Source of the DNA: an uncultured Holophagae bacterium
GTDB taxonomy: Bacteria; Acidobacteriota; Thermoanaerobaculia; Thermoanaerobaculales; Sulfomarinibacteraceae
Assembly: GCA_963797055.1 (NCBI GenBank)
Contig: CAWCOD010000005.1
Location: 7,947-71,946 of the forward strand
Reading direction: 5' to 3'
DNA: 64,000 bases
Positions 39,357-49,352 of the stretch are shown here, one piece after another. The translations under genes were made by a program, and so were the position numbers. Under the pieces are notes generated by a model, which had not been told where the DNA came from, did no database searches, and saw only the letters and a program-made list of their open reading frames with translations. Numbering within the stretch: position 1 is the stretch's first letter; the number at the start of each line of letters is the position of its first letter.

Positions 39357-40918
39357 CTAATCGACCTCCCTTGGCCAGCGGAAGGTGTCACCGGTTTCGA
39401 AGTCGTCGATAAAGGTGACCTGTTGGCCGTAAAAAGCAAAGACTGCCCCCTCGTCGGTCTGGCCGCCGTCATAGTAAAAGCTGCCGATCGCCAGATCGTC
39501 AAAGCCGTCGTCATTGATGTCGCCGGCGGCGGTCAGGGTGCGGCTGAACACGGCGCTGTCCTGCTCGCCCTCGATCATCACATTTGCATAATAGGGCGTG
39601 CCCCACCGGGGCAGACCTGTGGTGTTGCCATACCAAATGGTGGCAAGTCCACTGTTGATGGACCCGCCCTGCCCGTCCCAATTCTGCGCGCCGATTACGA
39701 TGTCGTCCAGACCATCGCCGTTGAAATCGCCCGCGGTGGCGATATGCCCCCCGACACAGTCCGCCTCATATAGGCCTGTGGCCACCCAGTCGGCGTTGTC
39801 CGGCGTGCCGTTGGGCCCCAGCCCGTCGGCCGCTCCGTAGAACAAACAGGACGATACCGTCGGCGTTGTAGAACGCTGTCATATGCCCACGTGCCGACGA
39901 TGAGGTCGTCATAGCCGTCGCCGTTGACATCCCCCGCGGTCCCCATGTCGGAGTTGTCGCCAGGTCCGGTCAAATAGGCCTCTGCCTGATCGGATTCGGC
40001 TATCCAGTCGGCTGATGCACTGGACGTGTTGGGGCCGAGACCCGCTGCAGATCCGTACCAGAGAAACAGGACACCTTCATCGGTCTGGCCCATGTCGTAC
40101 GCGCGGGCCCCGACCAAGATGTCGTCATAACCGTCTCCGTTGACATCGCCTGCGGTGCCAACGCGGATTCCGAAGTAGGATCCCTCCTGGTCCGATTCGA
40201 CGACCCAGTCGGCGTTGGCAGGTGTGCCCTCGGGTCGTGAGCCGTCGGGGTCGAGACCATTTGCCGATCCGTAGAACACCATGGCATGCTCGAAACCGTA
40301 CGTGTCCGTGTAGTCGTCTCCACCGACGATGATGTCGTCATAGCCGTCGCCGTTGACATCGCCGGCCGTGTCCATGCCCCAGCCCAGGTGCGCCCACTGA
40401 AAACCCGCGGCGTGGCACCACCAGTCGTGTGTCGGATCGAGGGCGCCATCCCCCCCGTAGTACACGAATACCGCCCCCTCATCGTAAAACAAGGGGTTTG
40501 GCTGATCCCAGTTCATCATCCCGACCATCACATCGTCGTACCCGTCGCCGTTGACATCACCCGCGCCCGCCACCTGAAAACCGAAGAACCCGTGCAACTG
40601 GACCGTGGGCGGGTTGAGGGTCACATCCGGGGTCGCGCCGTAGCCGCTGTCTCCGCCGTAGAAGACCCACGCGATACCAGCGTTCTCGGCGCCGTTGTCG
40701 TAGAACCGCGCGCCGACGATCAGATCGTCGTATCCGTCGCCGTTGACATCGCCCGCCGCTGCGATGGACTCCGATGCCTGGGCGCCTGCCTGATTGCTTT
40801 CAAAGATCCAGAATGCATCCGACGCGTTCATTTCGTATCCAGCCGCGCCGGCGGTGCACGTCATCCCGACGACAGCCGCGCACACGATTCCCACCGGAAG
40901 AAACAACCTGCTGTTCAT
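39357..40918 (-). pseudogene. Secreted FG-GAP (integrin-alpha-like) repeat protein, frameshifted near 39845
   Basis: Signal peptide MNSRLFLPVGIVCAAVVGMTCTAGAA. At least 7 repeats of AGDVNGDGYDD(L/I)IVGA...G(A/V)..V(F/Y)YG. The C-terminal part lies in ORF 39357..39845. Confidence 0.85.
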
Positions 40919-41152
40919 GGGCCCGTCTCCCTTCCCCGTTGATTGCCTCGTGCCAACGCCCTCATAAGACTCGCACCGAGCCTGAGAGGAAACGTCGCAC
41001 CCTGCCAAGTTCCATAATTGAGCAAATACTCATATGGCTTTTCTCAATTTCGAGATCTTATGCACGACATGTTACAGGATGTGGTTGTCAGGTCAATAGG
41101 GATTGATGGACCCCGGCATCATTGAGGAGGGTCGGCCGACCCGTTGAGGGCG

Positions 41153-41755
41153 TCAGACCCGCGTCGAGCCCTGAATGAGGCTCCAGAGGTCGAGGTTGCA
41201 GCTCTCGAAGAGCTCCGGCAGGCGATGGATGGGCAGACCGACCACCGTGTGGGGTGAGCCGTCGATGCCGGCCACCAACAGCCCCCCTCGGCCCTGGACG
41301 GCGTAGGCCCCGGCCTTATCCATTGGTTCCGGTGTCGCCGAATACCAGTCGATCATGGCTTCGGACAGCGGGTGGAAGCTGACGGCGGTTGTGTCCACCA
41401 GAGCCTCGCATCGACCATCGTGCGCCAGGGCAACGGCTGTGTGGACGTGGTGGGTCTGACCGGAGAGCAGGCGCAGCATACGGATCGCATCGGCCCGGTC
41501 CACTGGCTTGCCCAGTGCCTGGTCATCGATCTCCACCACCGTGTCCGAACCCAGGACCGGCAAGTCGTCTTCGGCGGCCACGGCGGTTGCCTTGTCGCGG
41601 GCGGCGCGGAGAGCGAAGTCAGCGGGGCTTTCGTCCTCGCGGCGCACCTCTTCGATATCGGCTGGGCGGACCAGGTGGGCGAGACCGATCAGGTCGAGCA
41701 GCTGACGGCGGCGCGGAGACGCGCTGGCAAGAATGATCTTCGGTTCTTCATTCAT
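41153..41755 (-). CDS. maf: Maf-family nucleoside triphosphate pyrophosphatase
   Basis: KIILASASPRRRQLLDLIGL...VLGSDTVVEIDDQALGKP...LSGQTHHVHTAVAL...DKAGAYAVQG. Confidence 0.92.
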   Translation of the reverse strand: MNEEPKIILASASPRRRQLLDLIGLAHLVRPADIEEVRREDESPADFALRAARDKATAVAAEDDLPVLGSDTVVEIDDQALGKPVDRADAIRMLRLLSGQTHHVHTAVALAHDGRCEALVDTTAVSFHPLSEAMIDWYSATPEPMDKAGAYAVQGRGGLLVAGIDGSPHTVVGLPIHRLPELFESCNLDLWSLIQGSTRV

Positions 41756-41780
41756 CGATGGGTAGTATAGCGGCGTAGCC

Positions 41781-41830
41781 GATTACCGATTACAGATTAC
41801 AGATTGCGATTGCGAATTGAAATTGTGAAC
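41781..41830. repeat. Heptamer tandem array (GATTACA/GATTGCG, 7 units)
   Basis: gattacc gattaca gattaca gattgcg attgcga attgaaa ttgtgaac. Confidence 0.9.
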
Positions 41831-41894
41831 TCGGCGGTTGGGGGTCTTCGTTCTTCGATCGGGCATGGACTCGGACGCGGACTCGGAGTGCCGC

Positions 41895-41971
41895 GCCCTC
41901 CACACCTTCCACATTTCCACACCGGGTGGGTGGGGGTATTCGAATTTCGAATTTCCAATCTCGAATTTTCC
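41895..41971. repeat. C/G box pair plus heptamer array (ATTTCGA type)
   Basis: ccctccacaccttccacatttccacaccgggtgggtggggg / tattcga atttcga atttcca atctcga attttcc. Confidence 0.85.
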
Positions 41972-41981
41972 TACGCGCCTC

Positions 41982-42898
41982 TTATTCGCGCGGCACACCG
42001 CCCAAGAACCGGGCCATGTCCTCGGGCACCGGGCAATGTACCGTCAATTTCTCGCCGGTCTGGGGGTGTGGGAGTGTCAGCCTGGCCGCGTGGAGCAGCG
42101 GGCGGTGGATCTCGGGGTTGGTCGAGCACCGTAGAGTCGGTCGCCCACGACCGGATGACCAAGGTAGGCCAGGTGGACGCGGACCTGGTGGGTTCGGCCG
42201 GTGATCAAACGACACTCCACCAGGGAGGTGCCTGACGGGTGGCGGTCGATCACCACGACCCGAGTATGTGCCGGGTCACCGTCTTCCGCGACGCGAAAAC
42301 GCCATCGGTGGTTCCGGTCGCGTGCGATGGGTCGTTCCACCAGGAACTCGTCATCGGGTGGGTCGCCCTCCACGACGGCCAGGTACCTGCGGTCCACCCG
42401 GCCCGCCGCCCAGGCGCGGGTCAGAGGCCGCAGGGACTGGGGGTTGCGTGCAAAGAGCACCGCACCGCTGGTGAGCCTGTCGATGCGGTGGACAAGCCTG
42501 ACAAAGGGCCGCTGGCCCTCCCTCAGCGCAAGTCCGAGAAGCACCATTTGATCCAGGGCCAGTTCGCGGGAGTCCGTCTCTGCAGGTTGGGACAGCAGCC
42601 CGGCCGGTTTGTTGACCACCACGAGCCATCGATCCTCGAACAGAATCTCGGGCATGGTGAGATCGGGGGTCGCGGGGACCCCGAGTTCTTCGCATGGCAA
42701 CAGCACATCCACCACATCACCGGTCTCCAGCGATTTCGACTGAACCCGAACGGCGCCGCCATTGCGCCACACCCCACCGGACCCCACGAGCCGACGTGCG
42801 GCCCTGCGGGACATGTTGGTGGAACCGGCGAGGAAGATGTCGAGGCGCTCACCATCCTGGTCGGGCCGAACCACGAGACGGGTGGATCCGGAGTCCAC
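41982..42898 (-). pseudogene. RluA-family 23S rRNA pseudouridine synthase (RluD-like), frameshifted near 42110
   Basis: S4 domain GERLDIFLAG...SRRAARRLVGSGGVWRNG. Catalytic LVVVNKPAGLLSQP and VHRIDRLTSGAVLFARN, plus HQVRVHLAYLGHPVVGD. The C-terminus PLLHAARLTLPHPQTGEKL lies in ORF 41982..42215. The GTG start at 42898 is inferred. Confidence 0.8.
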
Positions 42899-42905
42899 GG
42901 CGCTG

Positions 42906-43611
42906 GTCAGGACCCGCTCGGCGTGTGGACCGAGGGGAGGATGCAGTGGGCGACGGTTCCTTCGCCGGGGGTGCTCTCGATCTCGATTCGACCACCCAGA
43001 GCGTGGGCGAATTTGGCTGCGACCGATAGTCCGAGCCCGGGCCGTCCCGCGTGCTGCGGGTAGAAGGGCAGGAAGATCTGTCCCAGACGTCGTCCGCGAT
43101 GCCCTCGCCCCGGTCACTCACAGACAGCCGAATCGTGTCCGGTGTCGGACGATCGATGCTCACGTCCACAGGGTGCGGCGGGGCGGTGTGTTCGATGGCG
43201 TTGGTCAGCAGTCGTTCGACGATGACACGGATCGCGTCCGGATCGCTCACGACTTCGGCGGCCCCGGATCCGGGATCGAACCCCACCTCCGCCGGCTCGC
43301 CGAATTCCCTGGCGGGCGGCTTCGACGGTGTTTTCCACGACGGCGGCGAGATCCGCGGCGCGGATATTCAACTTCGGCTCACGTCCGAGCAACAGCATTT
43401 CCTCGAGGTTGTCTTCCAGTCGCTTCAACTGTTTCTGAATCATGTGGGCCGAGCGGGCGATCGACTCATCGCCGCCTGCCTTGAGACTGAGAGCTTCGGA
43501 CTGCACGAGGGCGGCGAAAATCGGATTGCGGAGGGCGTGCGCGATCTGGTTGACCAACCATTCCTGGTCGACGGTCGAGTCGGAAGACGACGTGCTGACG
43601 ATGATCGCCAC
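42906..43611 (-). pseudogene. Small cytoplasmic histidine kinase, two frameshifts
   Basis: H-box LVNQIAHALRNPIFA (ORF 43114..43611). N-box RVIVERLLTNAIEHT and SVSDRGEGI (ORF 42849..43286). The tail IFLPFYPQHAGRPGLGLSVAAKFAHALGGRIEIESTPGEGT lies in the third frame and ends at 42906. Confidence 0.75.
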
Positions 43612-43615
43612 GACG

Positions 43616-45086
43616 CTACAGCTCGGGTCTGGTGACGCTGGTTGCAGGAAGGGCGCGGTTGCGCGCCCAGGATCGGATCGCCTTGAGCTGGTCCTCCATG
43701 GTCTTGGACAGCGGGATGATCTTCCCGATGGCCGACAGCATGTCGTTCTGGGTGACGGTGGTGTCGTTGGCGATGGCGGTGATCCTCGCCGCCTTGACCC
43801 CCTGCTCGATCTCGGCGCCGTTCCAGGTTCGAGTGGCGGAGGCGAGCAGGATCAGGTCGAATGACGTCGGATCGAGGCCGTTGCGCATCATGTGGATGCT
43901 CAGGATCTCCTTGCGTTCCTCGTCGTTCGGCAGATCGACGAAGAAGACCTGATCGAATCGGCCCTTGCGGATGATTTCGGCCGGCAGCAGGTTAATGCGG
44001 TTGGCGGTGGCGGCCACGAAGACGTCGGCCCGGTGTTCCTGCATCCAGGTCAGGAACGTGGAGAAGATCCGGGTCAGGGAGCCGGTCTGGCCCTCGTGGT
44101 AGCCGGCAATGCCCATCTCGATCTCGTCGATCCACAGCACGGCCGGTGCCACCGACTCGACGGCCTCCAGTGCGCGGTTGAAAACCCACTCCGCAGATCC
44201 CGGGACACCAGCAAAGACCAGGTTCATGTCGAGTCGAAACAGCGGCAGGTTCCATTCGCGCGCGATGACCTTTACCGCCAGGCTCTTGCCGCAGCCGGAG
44301 ATACCCATCAGGAGGACGCCCTTGGGCACCGGCAGGTCCTCTTGCGGGCCTCCGGGGTGAAGAGCGAGGAACGCTCGTGGACCCATGCCTTGAGCTGGTC
44401 GAGCCCGCCGAGCTGTTCCAGGCTTTCGTCGGGCGGCACGAACTCCAGGATGCCCTCCTTGCGGGTGACCTGTTCTTTTTCGTCAAGCACCAGCTTGAAG
44501 AACTCGTCATCGATCTCGCCATGGCGGTCCAGCAGCCGACGCAGAAGATGCTCGACTTCGGTCAGGCTCATGCCCTTGAGCGTTCCCACCAGTCGTTCCA
44601 CATCTCCGTCGGAGAGCTCTTGGACTTCGCCATGGTGCGCACCGTCTGCTCGAGCTCGCTGGAATCCGGAAACATGGACACAACGACGTAGCTCAGAGGC
44701 TTGAGGGTTTCGGGCAGCATGGCGTCGGGTTTGAGCAGGAACAGGAAACGTCCGCTGTTGCGGACCTTCATGGCGGTGTCTCGCAGACGCCGGAGTAGCC
44801 GGCGATCGTCGAGGTACTCGCCCATGTCCTTGAGCAGGTAGATGCCGCGCGGGGCCTCGTCCGCGATCCACGCCAACGCCTCCATGGGATCCGTGAGATC
44901 GGAGGTGCCGTCCATGGCGAATCCGTCGACGCAGTTCCACACCGTGACTGGCAGCGGATCCGGTTTTGCCGCCGCGGCGAATCGACCGAGCAATCGCTCG
45001 AGACGTTCCTCCTCGAGGCTCACCAACACGGTCAGAGGATAGGCGGACGCGAGGGCGGTCCGAATCTGTTCAAGGGTGGTTTGCAT
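43616..45086 (-). pseudogene. AAA+ ATPase (Ycf46-like), two frameshifts (near 44350 and 44640)
   Basis: Three ORF pieces (44568..45086, 44308..44940, 43616..44386). Walker A GVLLMGISGCGKSLAVK and Walker B VLWIDEIE. The second region of homology is ATANRINLLPAEIIRKGRFDQVFFVDLP. Confidence 0.8.
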
Positions 45087-45124
45087 GGCGTCTCCATTGT
45101 ATTACGGAGTGAATGACGGCAAGT

Positions 45125-45200
45125 GATTAGTCAATAGTAAATAGTGAATAGTCAGTAAGATTGGGCGAGCGATTCTATTCACTATTTATTGTTCACTTTT
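45125..45200. repeat. Inverted pair of TGAATAG-type heptamer arrays (hairpin-forming)
   Basis: tcaatag taaatag tgaatag tcagtaag ...16 nt... ctattca ctattta ttgttca. aaatagtgaatag and ctattcactattt are perfect reverse complements. Confidence 0.85.
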
Positions 45201-45208
45201 CATGTTTT

Positions 45209-45886
45209 CTACGAGCTGCGTGATCCGCCCTGGCGGAAGGACCGGCCGAGACGCCGGGCAACGCGGACGGTTGTGGGCTGCCACCGCGGCCAACTTCTGG
45301 CCAGAAAAACGGACGAAACAACCGCAACCAGTGCGACCGCCAACCACACACCCGCGACCCTGCCGGTGGCGGTGGTGGCCTCGAGCCGCGCGAGATCGCC
45401 GGCCAGCCACCAGCCCAGACCGGACCAGGCCAACAGGTGAACCGAGAGCGCGATCAGATCCCATGCGAGGAAACGGCGCCAGGACACTCCCGCCACGCCG
45501 CAGCCGGCGATCCAGGCGCCGCGGCCAAGGGGAAGGACCCGGGCGGGCACGAACCCGGCCATCGCCGCAGGCGACCCTGTCAGGCGCGCAGCAACCGACG
45601 CCAGTTGGTTCGATATCCGGGGAAACCGGGCCAACCGTGGCCGCAGCCAACGACCGGCGAGATACAGCGCCTGGTCGGTGGCCAGGTGGCTGAGCCCCGC
45701 AGCGCCCAGCAGCACAACGGCCTCGGCGGGTGATCCGGCACGGGCGGCCAGAACACCGACCGCCACCATGAACAGCTCTTCGGGAATGACGTGGCCAACC
45801 GCCCGGATCACGGGCGGTAGAACAAGCGCCAACAGCAGGGCATGGGGCTCGAGCCAGGCGAGGAACTGGGCGAGGTGGCTCTCCAC
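45209..45886 (-). CDS. DedA/VTT-domain-like membrane protein
   Basis: Hydrophobic 5-6 TM protein, ...VIPEELFMVAVGVLAA.... The GTG start at 45886 was chosen because the ORF upstream runs into the repeat array. The family call is tentative. Confidence 0.5.
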   Translation of the reverse strand: MESHLAQFLAWLEPHALLLALVLPPVIRAVGHVIPEELFMVAVGVLAARAGSPAEAVVLLGAAGLSHLATDQALYLAGRWLRPRLARFPRISNQLASVAARLTGSPAAMAGFVPARVLPLGRGAWIAGCGVAGVSWRRFLAWDLIALSVHLLAWSGLGWWLAGDLARLEATTATGRVAGVWLAVALVAVVSSVFLARSWPRWQPTTVRVARRLGRSFRQGGSRSS

Positions 45887-45943
45887 GACTTCAGAGTATA
45901 CCTGACATGGCTTATTTGATGAAAAACAGTGGAGGAACCGAGC

Positions 45944-46053
45944 TTGAATTCTCAATTTTCAATTGTGAATTCTCAATGACCGCATCGGTAGGCATCCGGT
46001 CCACCCGGGCGGGTGGAGGAATTCAAAATTCAAAATTCAAAATTAAGAATTCT
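45944..46053. repeat. Long imperfect palindrome: heptamer array, palindromic box CCACCCGGGCGGGTGG, inverted heptamer array
   Basis: cttgaattctcaattttcaattgtgaattctcaat ... ccacccgggcgggtgg ... ggaattcaaaattcaaaattcaaaattaagaattc. Confidence 0.9.
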
Positions 46054-46077
46054 GATTGTGACCGTCCAGCTCTCCAC

Positions 46078-47049
46078 TCACGAATCGATGGGGTGCCAGC
46101 AGCGGACATGTCGTTCGTTGTGAATCGAGATGAGAGCCGGTTCCTCACGGCAGGCGGGGGAGGCGCCGCGGCAGCTTGAGGCGTATCGACAGGCACCCTC
46201 TGGCCAGTTCTCGTGGTGTGGCGACTGGAGGGAGGGTGGGCGCCAGCTGGGATCGAGGAGGGGAGTCGCGGCCACCAGGGCCCGGGTGTACGGGTGGGCC
46301 GGCCGGTCGAGAATCTGTGTGACAGGTCCCTGCTCGACGATCGCACCCTGGAGAAGAACGGCCACACGGTCGCAGATTTCACCCACCACCCTCAGATCGT
46401 GCGAGACGAAGACCATGGTCAACCCGTAACGGTGTCGTAGTTCGCTCAACAGCCTCAGAATCTGACAACGGATCGACACGTCGAGGAAAGACACCGGCTC
46501 GTCGAGGATCAGAAGATCGGGCTCGAGCGCCACCGCACGGGCAATGGCGATGCGCTGCCGTTCGCCCCCCGAGAATGCGCTCGGGAACCGTCCGGAGGCG
46601 TCCTCCGGCAAACCCACGAGGGCCAGGAGCTCGGCCACGCGGATGCGCCGTTGTGCGGCCGTGCCGTTGCCAAAGGCCACCAGCGGTTCGGACACGATGG
46701 TGCCCACCGTCAGCCGAGGATCGAGGGACGCCAGCGGGTCTTGGAATACCGCCTGAAATCGCCTTCTCAGCGGACGTACCCGGCGCGGCGTCATGGTCGA
46801 GATGGGCCGGCCGTCAAAATACACGGATCCGGCATCGGGTTTCTCCAGAGCCAGCATGAGTCTCGCCAGTGTCGACTTGCCGGCACCGGAGGATCCGACG
46901 ATGCCGAAGGCCTCTCCGGCCCGAACCCGGAGGTCGATGTGGTCCACGGCACGGATCATCTGATTCGACCCGCCCGGTGTCGGGTAGTCGCGGCAGAGCC
47001 CCACGGTTTCGAGCAGCGCTTCAGACATGTGTGGTCCCACATTCCCCAC
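46078..47049 (-). CDS. Oligopeptide/dipeptide-type ABC transporter ATP-binding protein (OppF/DppF-like)
   Basis: Walker A GIVGSSGAGKSTLARL, signature FSGGERQRIAIARA and Walker B LLILDEPVSFLD. Conserved C-terminal HPYTRAL region. Confidence 0.9.
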   Translation of the reverse strand: MGNVGPHMSEALLETVGLCRDYPTPGGSNQMIRAVDHIDLRVRAGEAFGIVGSSGAGKSTLARLMLALEKPDAGSVYFDGRPISTMTPRRVRPLRRRFQAVFQDPLASLDPRLTVGTIVSEPLVAFGNGTAAQRRIRVAELLALVGLPEDASGRFPSAFSGGERQRIAIARAVALEPDLLILDEPVSFLDVSIRCQILRLLSELRHRYGLTMVFVSHDLRVVGEICDRVAVLLQGAIVEQGPVTQILDRPAHPYTRALVAATPLLDPSWRPPSLQSPHHENWPEGACRYASSCRGASPACREEPALISIHNERHVRCWHPIDS

Positions 47050-48040
47050 AGGCAGCCATGCCGCGCACCGTAACCGGACAGCGCACCGCGCGATAATCGT
47101 CCACCAGGGCCAACGACGGCTGGTGAGTCAGACACGGGGGTTCGGCGATCGGGCACCGAGCGGCGAATCGGCACCCCCGGGACGCATCGGCCTGACCCTG
47201 GCTCGGTTGCGATTGCCGCTGGTGGCCACCCTTGTTGACGGCGTCGAGGAGCTGCCGTGTGTAGGGGTGGAGCGGTTGACCGAAGAGCTCTCCAGTCGGG
47301 GCATGCTCGATGATCTGCCCTGCATACATGACGGCAACCCGATCCACCAATCCGGAAACCACCGCCAGATCGTGGCTGATCAGCAGCAACGCCATGTCAT
47401 CACCGGTCAGTTTGCGAAGCAGTTCGAGGATCTGCGCCTGCGTCAAAACGTCGAGGGCCGTGGTCGGCTCGTCCGCAATCAGCAAGCGGGGAGCACCGGC
47501 CAGGGCCAGTGCAATCATCACCCGCTGAAGCTGGCCCCCGGAGAGTTGGTGCGGATATCGAGCGCCGATATGGCCCGCGTCCTCGAGGGCCACGGCGTCG
47601 AGGAGCCGTTGGGTCTCGATCCGAGCCTGTCGGCGGTTGAGTCGACGATGGGACGCTGCCGTCTCGGCGATCTGAAAACCCACCGTGAGTACGGGGTTGA
47701 GGGCTGCTGATGCCTCCTGGAAGACAAGCCCGATGGTTCCACCACGGATCTCCCGCAGGCGATCCTCGTCGGCGTCGGCCAGATCGAGGCCGTCCACCGT
47801 GATGCGCCCAGACCGGATCCTGCCCGACCCGGAGACCAGGCCCAGGGTGGCCAGGGCAAGAACGCTTTTTCCGCTGCCCGATTCGCCCACCAGGGCCATC
47901 CGTTCCGACGTCGCCACATCCAGCGAGAGGTCATCGACGACACGCCGCCAGCCGCCGTTCGGAGTCGGGAAGTCCACCGCCAGATCGCGGATTGAAAGAA
48001 TCGGCTCAGGGTGCATGACGGAAATGTCCGAGTCGGACAT
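47021..48040 (-). CDS. Oligopeptide/dipeptide-type ABC transporter ATP-binding protein (OppD/DppD-like)
   Basis: From [20 protein letters not shown]. Walker [15 protein letters not shown], signature [15 protein letters not shown] and Walker [13 protein letters not shown], plus HPYTRQLL. The upstream part of ORF 47021..48256 is discarded. Confidence 0.9.
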   Translation of the reverse strand: MSDSDISVMHPEPILSIRDLAVDFPTPNGGWRRVVDDLSLDVATSERMALVGESGSGKSVLALATLGLVSGSGRIRSGRITVDGLDLADADEDRLREIRGGTIGLVFQEASAALNPVLTVGFQIAETAASHRRLNRRQARIETQRLLDAVALEDAGHIGARYPHQLSGGQLQRVMIALALAGAPRLLIADEPTTALDVLTQAQILELLRKLTGDDMALLLISHDLAVVSGLVDRVAVMYAGQIIEHAPTGELFGQPLHPYTRQLLDAVNKGGHQRQSQPSQGQADASRGCRFAARCPIAEPPCLTHQPSLALVDDYRAVRCPVTVRGMAACGECGTTHV

Positions 48041-49199
48041 GCTCGTCCGGGTACACCAGGCCGAGGGGCGAGACTGCCGGCGGTCTTTGCCAACAATGAG
48101 CAACAATATCGGCCCGGTCGAGGCGGCCGTTGCCGTCGTCCTCCACCAGTACGGTGAAGTGGCTCCCGTCCACCAGGAGGTCGCCAGCCAGAACGTCATC
48201 ACCCCATCGCAGGGGTCTGTTGCTCCCCATGGCGTCGCCAAAGGACAGGGTGACATCGCCCAGAGGTTGCAGGCTCGAGTCCGGGATGACCGAACGGCCC
48301 GAAACAGCGACCGCGGCGAAACTGCGGGACGAGGTCAGGAGGCGCCGGTCCACCGCCTCGCTGAAGGTGCTGCCGAACGCGATCTCTGCGATCTCGTCCT
48401 GGAGACGTGGGTCATCCGGATCGGTTTCCCAACCGGGGAGGTTGAAGAGCTCTCCCAGCGTCGCGTCGAGGGGGGCGGGTACCGATGCCGCGATCAAGAT
48501 CGCAGGGTAGTCGGGATCGAGGATGCGGTCGGCCCCACGGGATGACATGGTCTGTACGGCCTGGACGTTGCTGCGATCCGGCTGGAGCACATCCACCTTG
48601 ACATAGAGGCGAAGAGTCCCAATGTCAACCCAGAGTTGGTCGGGCTGTGGCCCCAGACCGTCGTCGTGATGAACCTCCGGCGGCGAGACGGCGCTCAGGC
48701 CCTGGCCCATTTCCGGCGCCAGAAACGGTCGGTATCGAAGTCGTTTGGCCGCATTGTCAGGTGCGACGAGGCCACCGATGTTGGTGCTCTCCACGGTAAA
48801 CCAGAAGGCTCTCACCGTGCGGTCGTTCTCGGGCCACTCCTCCGACCTGAGGTGATCCACGATCCGGCCGTCGATTTCCAGCCGTTCGACCGGCGCCAGC
48901 CACTGCCGCCGCCCACCGGGGTATTGGAGTTCGAGGGCCGCCGCCACCCGCACGGGATCGGTGGGCCCCGACCTCCGCGGGCCGGTGCGAAACACCGGGT
49001 CCGAATCGCTGGCGGTGACGATGCGTACGTTCACCAGCACGGGTCTTCGCACGTCGCGAACCTTCCAGTAGATCAACGGCGCCGCGACCAGCGCGACCAG
49101 TGCGGCGAGGATCAGAATGATGAGCTTGTTCTCGGAAGCCACGGATCGATTGTAACGGTGCCGGATCGATGAAAGGAGTGAAATGCGGTCACAGCTCAT
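48006..49199 (-). CDS. Hypothetical membrane-anchored protein
   Basis: N-terminal anchor NKLIILILAALVALVAAPLIYW followed by a ~370-aa domain with no motif I recognise. The start is ATG 49199 or GTG 49140. The rest of ORF 48006..49877 is antisense to the GT gene and is discarded. Confidence 0.5.
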   Translation of the reverse strand: MSCDRISLLSSIRHRYNRSVASENKLIILILAALVALVAAPLIYWKVRDVRRPVLVNVRIVTASDSDPVFRTGPRRSGPTDPVRVAAALELQYPGGRRQWLAPVERLEIDGRIVDHLRSEEWPENDRTVRAFWFTVESTNIGGLVAPDNAAKRLRYRPFLAPEMGQGLSAVSPPEVHHDDGLGPQPDQLWVDIGTLRLYVKVDVLQPDRSNVQAVQTMSSRGADRILDPDYPAILIAASVPAPLDATLGELFNLPGWETDPDDPRLQDEIAEIAFGSTFSEAVDRRLLTSSRSFAAVAVSGRSVIPDSSLQPLGDVTLSFGDAMGSNRPLRWGDDVLAGDLLVDGSHFTVLVEDDGNGRLDRADIVAHCWQRPPAVSPLGLVYPDEHVRLGHFRHAP

Positions 49200-49261
49200 C
49201 CGGAGCGAGGGGGCGTGTTGATCGGGCGTGCCGTCTGAGAGCTCATCCCGGAAGCGCGGGC

Positions 49262-49330
49262 CGGTGCCAGGCACCGTCGAAATCGTAATGGAGCACGAGA
49301 TAGCGGCATTTGCGGCGGTGCCTGGCACCG
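49262..49330 (+). repeat. Palindrome-terminated ~70-nt element, copy 2 of 3
   Basis: cggtgccaggcaccgtcgaaatcgtaatggagcacgagatagcggcatttgcggcggtgcctggcaccgccatg. It is preceded by gatcgggcgtgcc at 49221 and ends 22 nt before ATG 49353. Confidence 0.9.
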
Positions 49331-49352
49331 CCATGTAGAATCGACCACTACG

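Noticed and set aside
157-44640. Programmed ribosomal frameshifting or transcriptional slippage as the explanation of the split genes
   Set aside because: The sites share no slippery heptamer or downstream structure, occur in dozens of unrelated genes and cluster in blocks. Indel errors, or less likely recent pseudogenisation, explain them better.
49276-49335. A mini-ORF within the palindrome-terminated element (MEHEIAAFAAVPGTAM in copy 2) and the recurring RRCLAP peptide strings in the ORF track
   Set aside because: The reading frame and start/stop are not conserved among the three copies. The recurring peptide strings are just translations of the conserved DNA termini.
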